Part shown: one piece after another, positions 9,155 through 14,958 of the stretch
How the letters are laid out: each line of letters begins with the position of its first letter
How positions within the stretch are numbered: the first letter of the stretch is position 1
From: Candidatus Saccharimonadota bacterium
GTDB taxonomy: Bacteria > Patescibacteriota > Saccharimonadia > Saccharimonadales > Saccharimonadaceae
NCBI RefSeq assembly: GCF_025273655.1
Contig: NZ_CP045921.1
Coordinates: forward strand, 1,020,001-1,052,000
Reading direction: 5' to 3'
DNA length: 32,000 bases
Translations under genes and position numbers: made by a program
Notes under the pieces: generated by a model
What the model was told of the DNA's origin: nothing
The model's input: the letters and a program-made list of their open reading frames with translations, nothing else
The model's database searches: none

Positions 9155-9194
9155 CTTTAATAAACCATTGCGGTACCTTTGCTTTGAAAGGAAT

Positions 9195-9512
9195 ATGATG
9201 AACGAATTAGATAAGAAACGAACAGGAACAAGCTTCAAAGGGTATCTGTATGCACGGTATGACCAGTTACTGCCGACATTCGGAGAGCCAAGGCAACCAA
9301 TTCATGCAGATAATAAAATTGATGTTGAATGGATTATTGATACACCACATGGTGTGGCCACTATATATAATTACAAGGATGGTAAAGCATATCTTGGTGA
9401 TTCAGGGCTTAACCCAGAAGAGATTTACGAGTGGCATGTTGGTGGTAAGACCAGTGAAGTGTATGGCTGGATTAAGGAGCGACTGCAAAGGAACATTATC
9501 GCTGGTTTTTAG
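9195..9512 (+). CDS. Hypothetical protein (105 aa)
   Basis: ORF 9168..9512 begins at a TTG. I prefer ATG 9195, preceded by AAAGGA. I recognise no family. Its stop (TAG 9510-9512) overlaps the stop of the convergent GIY-YIG gene. Confidence 0.5.
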   Translation: MMNELDKKRTGTSFKGYLYARYDQLLPTFGEPRQPIHADNKIDVEWIIDTPHGVATIYNYKDGKAYLGDSGLNPEEIYEWHVGGKTSEVYGWIKERLQRNIIAGF

Positions 9513-10339
9513 CCCTTACGCATGACCTCGTCCATTGTTTGACCAGATTCATCTTTCCATGTCACCCACGCATTTATATTGTGTCCCGTTGCAAAACCAC
9601 CTGCATGATTAGGGCTCTTGAATGCCACATTTTCTGTCAGCTCGACTGTATCACCAAGATCACGGCCATACTTTTCGAAGATCTCTTCTCTCTCGGCAAG
9701 TGATTTAGACCATTTAGTCGCCCAGCTTGGTGAGTGAGATTTATCAATGATTGAACCTTGTAATACGACAAATTTATCGCCTCTAAATTGTGCACGTGCT
9801 TCTGTTTTCTTTGATTTGCAATACCAAACGTCTTCTTTAATGTCTGGACTCGACAGAATATCATAACCAAGTGAAGTAAGGATGAGTTGGGTGTCGTCTA
9901 AAATTTTCTGAAGAATATGTAACTTAAATTCATGAACATTGTTACGAATTGGAACTGTCTTATTCTCAATTGTCATACTTCCCGATTGAGCACGCTCTAC
10001 GGCTAGTGATTCTAAATACTTAACGTCGCTCTTCTCAAGGCTATTGGTTGTAGAAACAATTGCGATGGCAACATCCCAAAACTGCTTGTTTTGATCATGA
10101 TTCTTAACACGATGAAAGAAGTTTTCACTTTCGCCAATGTATCCAAGAGAGTCACTGCTGCTTACCAAGAAGTATATCGATGGTCGCAGTAGTTCTTCTC
10201 TCACTTTCGCGTTTTTCAACTGTAGCCGTGGAATGACAAATGCTTTGATTGAACTATCGCTCAGTTCTATTACACGTATTCCTTCGAGTGTGCCATCGGG
10301 TAAATATGTCTGTATTAGTCTAGGTTGAGGGTTGTTCAT
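9509..10339 (-). CDS. GIY-YIG nuclease family protein with a C-terminal DUF4357-like domain
   Basis: N-terminal half SIYFLVSS...LGYIGESENFFHRVKNHDQNKQFWD...DVKYLESLAVERA (GIY...YIG...R...H...E pattern). C-terminal half RGDKFVVLQGS...VAFKSPNHAGGFATGHNINAWVTWKDESGQT matches the DUF4357 pattern as I recall it. Confidence 0.75.
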   Translation of the reverse strand: MNNPQPRLIQTYLPDGTLEGIRVIELSDSSIKAFVIPRLQLKNAKVREELLRPSIYFLVSSSDSLGYIGESENFFHRVKNHDQNKQFWDVAIAIVSTTNSLEKSDVKYLESLAVERAQSGSMTIENKTVPIRNNVHEFKLHILQKILDDTQLILTSLGYDILSSPDIKEDVWYCKSKKTEARAQFRGDKFVVLQGSIIDKSHSPSWATKWSKSLAEREEIFEKYGRDLGDTVELTENVAFKSPNHAGGFATGHNINAWVTWKDESGQTMDEVMRKG

Positions 10340-10346
10340 TATCTCT

Positions 10347-10352
10347 ATTATA
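10347..10352 (-). promoter_or_regulatory. -10 TATAAT hexamer 7 nt upstream of the GIY-YIG ATG (leaderless geometry)
   Basis: The minus strand reads gcaTATAATagagataATGaac with no Shine-Dalgarno. Confidence 0.4.
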
Positions 10353-10395
10353 TGCCTAGACTTAATCTAATAACAGCGGTACCTTGTACCTTGCA

Positions 10396-11667
10396 ATGGA
10401 AAGCAAACCTAGCCTTAAATACTGCTTATACGCTCGCAAATCGAGTGAATCTGACGAGCGACAGGCCATGTCGATTGATTCGCAGTTGAATGAGATGCGA
10501 GCATTGGCAGAAAATGAGGGATTACAGATAGTCTGCGAGCTTCAGGAGAGTCACTCTGCTAAAGATTCTGGCAAAAGACCCGTATACAACAAATTACTTA
10601 AGGGCTTAGCAAGCGAAGAATATAATGCCGTCCTCACATGGGCACCCGATCGACTAAGTAGGAATGCTGGCGACCTTGGATCGGTTGTTGACCTCATGGA
10701 TCAAGGCAAGCTACTGCATATCCGTACTTACTCGCAGACGTTCACAAATAACCCGAACGAGAAGTTCTTACTAATGATTCTATGTTCGCAAGCCAAACTT
10801 GAGAACGATAACAAAAGTATTAACGTCAAACGAGGCATTAGAAACAAATGCGAGATGGGTTGGCGACCAGGCGTTGCACCGCTTGGGTACATGAATCGAG
10901 CATTCGCAGGTGTTAACGACATAATCCTCGATCCTGATAGATCGGAACTAATTATCGAAGCTTTTCAAAAAGCTGGGTACGAGCGTTGGAGCGGTCGTAG
11001 GATAAAAGCATGGCTTGATGAGCAAGGCTTTACTAATCGTTCAGGAAAACCGATTAGTGTGAGTCAAATATTAGTAATACTCAGTACGCCATTCTACTAT
11101 GGCAAATTCCAATACCCTGAAGCACCAGATGCACCATGGTACACAGGTGCCCATAAGCCACTTATATCTAAAGAGTTGTTCGATCTCGTGCAAGAAACGA
11201 GAGGTGTCAACAAGGGTGTGTGGGGATCAAAAACATTTGCCTTCAGGGGTATGCTCAAATGTGGGCAGTGCGATGCGGACATCACCGCACAAGATAAGTT
11301 TAAGCTGCTAAAAAGTGGTGATACAAAGCGATTCGTCTACTACAACTGTACTCGTCGTAAAGATCCTGATTGCAAAGAGAAATACGTCAATGAGGAGAAG
11401 CTTTGTGAGCTATTGCAGGCCTTCATCGAGCAACATCACCAAAAAATGGATATTGAAGAAAAGCTACGTGCAAAAGTAGATAAACATTTTTATGTCACCA
11501 AAACTCTGCTAAACCATTACAAGATCGAGCGAGATCTTGATAACCCATTCGTTGAGTATTCAAGATACATACTTGCGAGCGGTACGGAGGGCGATAGGAT
11601 TAGATTCGCCTCTGGGATTAAAACAAAGCTCCAAATACGGCACGGTGAACTTGAGTTCTACGCATAA
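10396..11667 (+). CDS. Large serine recombinase (resolvase/invertase catalytic domain + recombinase domain + zinc ribbon)
   Basis: YCLYARKSSESDERQAMSIDSQ (catalytic Ser region); VLTWAPDRLSRNAGD; recombinase domain GWRPGVAPLGY; zinc ribbon CGQCDADITAQ...YYNCTRRKDPDC. The start is taken at ATG 10396 rather than TTG 10384. Confidence 0.9.
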   Translation: MESKPSLKYCLYARKSSESDERQAMSIDSQLNEMRALAENEGLQIVCELQESHSAKDSGKRPVYNKLLKGLASEEYNAVLTWAPDRLSRNAGDLGSVVDLMDQGKLLHIRTYSQTFTNNPNEKFLLMILCSQAKLENDNKSINVKRGIRNKCEMGWRPGVAPLGYMNRAFAGVNDIILDPDRSELIIEAFQKAGYERWSGRRIKAWLDEQGFTNRSGKPISVSQILVILSTPFYYGKFQYPEAPDAPWYTGAHKPLISKELFDLVQETRGVNKGVWGSKTFAFRGMLKCGQCDADITAQDKFKLLKSGDTKRFVYYNCTRRKDPDCKEKYVNEEKLCELLQAFIEQHHQKMDIEEKLRAKVDKHFYVTKTLLNHYKIERDLDNPFVEYSRYILASGTEGDRIRFASGIKTKLQIRHGELEFYA

Positions 11668-11722
11668 GCGCGTATACTTTTGTATTTTGTTCTATTTAGG
11701 TAGTTAGCGCACCTTGACTTAC

Positions 11723-12010
11723 TTAGAAATCGAACAAATCTCCTAAGAATGATTCTTTGCGCTTTTTGCGTGGATAACTTTGATTAGAGCCGCTCTGATT
11801 ACCGTGCTTGTCATATTGCTGCGATGGATAGTTTGGTTCCTGGTAAGGTTGCTGTGCCTGAGCTGCTGGAGCCTGAGCAGTACCTCGTTCAATGATTTTG
11901 TCTAATTCACCACGATCAAGCCATACGCCCCGACACTTTGGGCAATAATCGATTTCGACACCTTGTCGGTCAGTCATAACTAAATCTGCTTTATCTATTG
12001 GACATTGCAT
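11723..12010 (-). CDS. TFIIB-type zinc-ribbon protein with a Q/P-rich tail
   Basis: MQCPIDKADLVMTDRQGVEIDYCPKCRGVWLDRGELDKII (CPx...CPxC ribbon), then a low-complexity tail ending in LGDLFDF. AAGGGAGAA ribosome-binding site and a TATAAT upstream. Confidence 0.7.
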   Translation of the reverse strand: MQCPIDKADLVMTDRQGVEIDYCPKCRGVWLDRGELDKIIERGTAQAPAAQAQQPYQEPNYPSQQYDKHGNQSGSNQSYPRKKRKESFLGDLFDF

Positions 12011-12022
12011 ATTCTTTCTCCC

Positions 12023-13930
12023 TTACTTTTTAATTATAGCAACTTCGCTACCGCCAGCATTGAATAGCCTTAGGCCGTTGAGCACTACTAGGATAGCCAT
12101 AATTGCGTCAACTGCCACGGCTACGCTCAGCCCGATGACTCCTGCGATACCGAGTACCAAGATGATTCCCTTTACAATGAGTGACCCATAGACATTTTGG
12201 CGCACAACCCTGAAGGTTTGCTGACCAACCCCTAGCAGGTATGGGATAGTGCCGATAGCATCGTTCATCAGCGTCACGTCGGCCGTTTCAATGGCTAAAT
12301 CTGATCCTCCACCCCCCATAGCAATACCAACGTCAGCCCGGGCTAGTGAAGGTGCATCATTGACGCCGTCACCTACCATGGCGACCCGTCCATAACGAGA
12401 TTGTAGCTTGATGATTAGCTCAGACTTTTGCTCGGGTAGCAAAGCTCCATAGGCTTCGCTGATACCAACCTTTTCTGCGATATAATTTGCCGCCCTTTGA
12501 TTATCACCTGTTAGCATCACTGGCGTGACTTTCAGCTTCTTTAGGGCATCAATGACGCGTTTTGAATCACTCCGAAGCTCGTCTGTAATACCGATAATAC
12601 CAATCACTTTTTTATCTTCGCTAACCAGCACGGCGGTCATACCCATTCCTTCAAGACGCTCAACCTCGGGTAGTACATGGTCGCAGGTATCAGCGCTGGC
12701 ACCAATATGTTGCAAGTTACCTATTGCATGTTCTTTTGAATCGCACACCAAGCAGTTAGCATTACCGCCACGTCCAGCGACATTCTTGAATTTATCCATC
12801 TTGTGCGGCATGATGCCTTTTTGTTTTGCATAATCCTCAATAGCCTTAGCTAGTGGATGCGACGAGAACTTTTCAATACCGGCGGCATCACCTATAACAT
12901 CTTCTTCTGTGGCGCCGTGCAGAAGTATCACCTCCGCAACTACTGGCGTACCAACAGTCAACGTTTTTGTTTTATCGAATGCTATCGCCCTAGCCTTACT
13001 TAATACTTCCAGGAAGCGGCCACCTTTAATGAGTACACCCCTCTTTGAAGCGCCGCCGATAGCTGCCGCCACCGCAACTGGAGCAGATACAACCAGTGCG
13101 TCTGGACACGCTAATACCAATAAAATGAGTGCCCTGGTAAACCAATCGCTAAACGGCTCGCCGAAAAAGACGGGCGGAATAATAGCCACCAAAATAGCGA
13201 GGCCTATCGCAGCTGGAATATAGTATCCAGCAAACTTGTCCAAGAATTCCTGAACTTCTGGACGGGATCTTTGGGCTTCTTCAATTAACGTGACTATTTT
13301 CTGCAGCGTACTGTCGGCGGCTATTTTAGTAACTTTGACCTCCAGATAACCACTTTGGTTCATCGTTCCGGCGTAAACCATCTCACCCTTGTACTTTTCT
13401 TTGGGTACGCTTTCGCCGGTAATTGTCGCCTCGTCGATTGACGATTCGCCGTCAATAACTACTCCGTCGAGCGGCACCATGTCGCCAGGTCTGACTTTAA
13501 ATATTTCGCCCTCTTTGACTTCTTCGACTGGAACTTCGCGCCCGTCTTGCATCCTGGCGATCTTTGGAGACTTTTCAAGTAAGGCGGCCACGGCCTTTTG
13601 TGACCTCGCCTCGCCGAACTCCTCAAAAGCCTCAGCAAGCGCGAAAAAGAACATGACGGCGGCGGCCTCTGCGAACTGCCCAAGATATAATGCCCCGAGG
13701 GCGGCAATGGTGACCAGCAAACTAATGGAAATTTTTCGCTTCAGGACTTTACGAACAGCCGATACTGCAACTGGTATTCCACCAGCTGCCAATGAGACGA
13801 GATATAGTGCTTCGGCTCCGGGTAGTTTGAGTAGACTGAAAGCCAACCCTCCAATAAAACTGACGGCTGCCACCGCAGTTAAAACTTTATTCAAGCGTTC
13901 TTGCTTGGAATCTTTATGTTCAGCACTCAT
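12023..13930 (-). CDS. P1B-type (heavy-metal) P-type ATPase that lacks an N-terminal metal-binding domain and has non-canonical motifs
   Basis: TGES actuator (TITGESVP), SSHPLA, hinge MVGDGVNDAPSLA and ~8 hydrophobic segments. The phosphorylation motif reads FDKTKTLT instead of DKTGT, and the TM CPx motif reads ACPDAL. No CxxC HMA domain. Confidence 0.8.
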   Translation of the reverse strand: MSAEHKDSKQERLNKVLTAVAAVSFIGGLAFSLLKLPGAEALYLVSLAAGGIPVAVSAVRKVLKRKISISLLVTIAALGALYLGQFAEAAAVMFFFALAEAFEEFGEARSQKAVAALLEKSPKIARMQDGREVPVEEVKEGEIFKVRPGDMVPLDGVVIDGESSIDEATITGESVPKEKYKGEMVYAGTMNQSGYLEVKVTKIAADSTLQKIVTLIEEAQRSRPEVQEFLDKFAGYYIPAAIGLAILVAIIPPVFFGEPFSDWFTRALILLVLACPDALVVSAPVAVAAAIGGASKRGVLIKGGRFLEVLSKARAIAFDKTKTLTVGTPVVAEVILLHGATEEDVIGDAAGIEKFSSHPLAKAIEDYAKQKGIMPHKMDKFKNVAGRGGNANCLVCDSKEHAIGNLQHIGASADTCDHVLPEVERLEGMGMTAVLVSEDKKVIGIIGITDELRSDSKRVIDALKKLKVTPVMLTGDNQRAANYIAEKVGISEAYGALLPEQKSELIIKLQSRYGRVAMVGDGVNDAPSLARADVGIAMGGGGSDLAIETADVTLMNDAIGTIPYLLGVGQQTFRVVRQNVYGSLIVKGIILVLGIAGVIGLSVAVAVDAIMAILVVLNGLRLFNAGGSEVAIIKK

Positions 13931-14215
13931 CTAACTATTTCCGCCTGTTATAAATTGTAGTGGGTTAGCAATAACCTGCTTCCACAAAGCATTAATAAAA
14001 TCGAGAGCATAGTTCCACAGCGATGTGATGATATTTCCGATATTTTGCCCAATGTTAGTATCGGCTTGGCCAAGCAGTGCATTAATAATAGCTACGAAGA
14101 TAACTCCTACAATTACTAATATCACAAGCAATATAATACCGACGAGCAGTAAGGCAATGAATAATTTCCTTTTATTCTTGCCTCTAAACATATCTAACTT
14201 ATATCCGTGGCCCAT
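13931..14215 (-). CDS. Small membrane protein (94 aa), hypothetical
   Basis: A long hydrophobic stretch (LFIALLLVGIILLVILVIVGVIFVAIINALL). AAAGGGGA ribosome-binding site. Its stop abuts the ATPase start (TAGATG), so the two are co-transcribed between arsR and the ATPase. Confidence 0.5.
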   Translation of the reverse strand: MGHGYKLDMFRGKNKRKLFIALLLVGIILLVILVIVGVIFVAIINALLGQADTNIGQNIGNIITSLWNYALDFINALWKQVIANPLQFITGGNS

Positions 14216-14233
14216 TACTGTCCCCTTTTGATT

Positions 14234-14560
14234 TTATTCATGTTCGCCACCCCTAATGTGATCGGCTTGGGTAAAAGCATGTTCGATCAGGTGTAATACG
14301 TGTTCGTTTTCTGCCTTATAGAATATTTTTGTACCCTCGCGCCGCATGCTTACCATATGCGATATCCGTAGTTTGGCAAGATGCTGCGAAACAACGGATG
14401 GTTGCATACCCACTTCATCCGCAAGCTCTCCAACTGAATGTTCGCCGTGCAGTAATGACCACAGTATTTTAAGTCGTGTCGGGTCGCTAACTAGCTTAAA
14501 CATAGCAGTAGCTACAACGATTTGTTCATTAGAAATTTCTTTGCGTATATGCGCAGACAT
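14234..14560 (-). CDS. ArsR/SmtB-family metalloregulatory transcriptional repressor
   Basis: Winged HTH: DPTRLKILWSLLHGEHSVGELADEVGMQPSVVSQHLAKLRISHMVSMRREGTKIFY. It is the first gene of the metal ATPase operon. Confidence 0.85.
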   Translation of the reverse strand: MSAHIRKEISNEQIVVATAMFKLVSDPTRLKILWSLLHGEHSVGELADEVGMQPSVVSQHLAKLRISHMVSMRREGTKIFYKAENEHVLHLIEHAFTQADHIRGGEHE

Positions 14561-14566
14561 GCATAT

Positions 14567-14575
14567 ATTATATCA
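14567..14575 (-). promoter_or_regulatory. Extended -10 (TGaTATAAT) 6 nt upstream of the arsR ATG (leaderless geometry)
   Basis: The minus strand reads cTGaTATAATatatgcATGtct with no Shine-Dalgarno. Confidence 0.45.
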
Positions 14576-14626
14576 GATTAGCATCGTGTTATTTTATAAA
14601 GTTGTTTATGAAGCTTTAAAACAGGG

Positions 14627-14705
14627 GCAGGTCTAGGGAACGGGTCAGCTTTTTGACTGCTTGCTCCCTCCAGGGGGGACGGGCTGGGCTAGAACTAAGT
14701 AACAG
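14627..14705 (-). repeat. Decayed partial copy of the tRNA-Asn 3' half plus its downstream flank (possible att/integration scar)
   Basis: The 11-mer gcaggtctagg occurs exactly at 14627 and 14802. It is followed in both copies by the same order of blocks: aac, ggtc, gc, tttt, ctgcttg, gac, tgggct, gaac, taacag. In the second copy (14802-14886) those blocks run into the T-arm and anticodon loop of the tRNA. Alignment was done by eye, at roughly 60% identity with gaps. Confidence 0.4.
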
Positions 14706-14707
14706 AG

Positions 14708-14741
14708 GTGAAATGAAAGAACCGCCATTTCTGACGGTTCC
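14708..14741 (-). terminator. Candidate intrinsic terminator downstream of tRNA-Asn
   Basis: The minus-strand RNA would read GGAACCG-UCAGAAAUGG-CGGUUC followed by UUUCAUUUCA. That is a 6-7 bp GC-containing stem (14719-14724 / 14735-14740) plus a U-rich tail. Confidence 0.4.
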
Positions 14742-14781
14742 AACATTTCGTACTTTGTAATCAGCACTTTTTTTCTTGGCG

Positions 14782-14842
14782 GACCAAGGAGAGAAGTTGA
14801 CGCAGGTCTAGGAACTAGGTCTGCACTTTTCTCTGCTTGGTC
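14782..14842. other. 61-nt imperfect hairpin directly abutting the 3' CCA of tRNA-Asn
   Basis: gaccaag/cttggtc (7 bp), agagaa/ttctct (6 bp) and gcaggtctag/ctaggtctgc (10 positions; two are G.U in plus sense but A.C in minus sense), with a 3-nt loop. Preceded on the plus strand by a T8 run. Confidence 0.5.
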
Positions 14843-14917
14843 TGGCTCCCGCGACTGGGCTCGAACCAGTGACCTATTGGTTAACAGCCAACCGCTCTAC
14901 CACTGAGCTACGCGGGA
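14843..14917 (-). tRNA. tRNA-Asn: tRNA-Asn (anticodon GTT), 75 nt with encoded CCA
   Basis: Cloverleaf folded by hand: acceptor TCCCGCG/CGCGGGA; D arm GCTC-AGTGGTA-GAGC; anticodon arm GTTGG-CTGTTAA-CCAAT; variable AGGTC; T arm ACTGG-TTCGAGC-CCAGT; discriminator G; CCA. Confidence 0.95.
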
Positions 14918-14958
14918 ATACTCGTCGTAGTATACCTTTTCCTCCAGGGGTAGTCAAG

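Noticed and set aside
5097-11722. An intact prophage
   Set aside because: There are no portal, capsid, tail, lysis, repressor or replication genes. Only 1.2 kb lies between terL and the recombinase.
13389-13934. 181-aa plus-strand ORF, with similar antisense ORFs at 12525-12833 and 12909-13223
   Set aside because: It is fully antisense to the well-supported P-type ATPase gene. Its composition is low-complexity (S/T/A/P-rich), typical of shadow ORFs.
14555-14566. ATGCAT palindrome at the arsR start as the ArsR operator
   Set aside because: It is only a 6-bp palindrome and the flanks do not extend the dyad, so it is not distinguishable from chance. No 12-2-12-type inverted repeat was found in 14561-14620.
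14621-14700. SRP (4.5S) RNA-like or second tRNA gene, suggested by CAGGTC...GGGAAC and GTTCTAGCCCAG strings
   Set aside because: No GGAA-tetraloop helix-8 motif with the conserved AGCA/GGAA loops could be built. No acceptor stem or full cloverleaf can be folded. It is better explained as a decayed partial copy of the tRNA-Asn 3' half.
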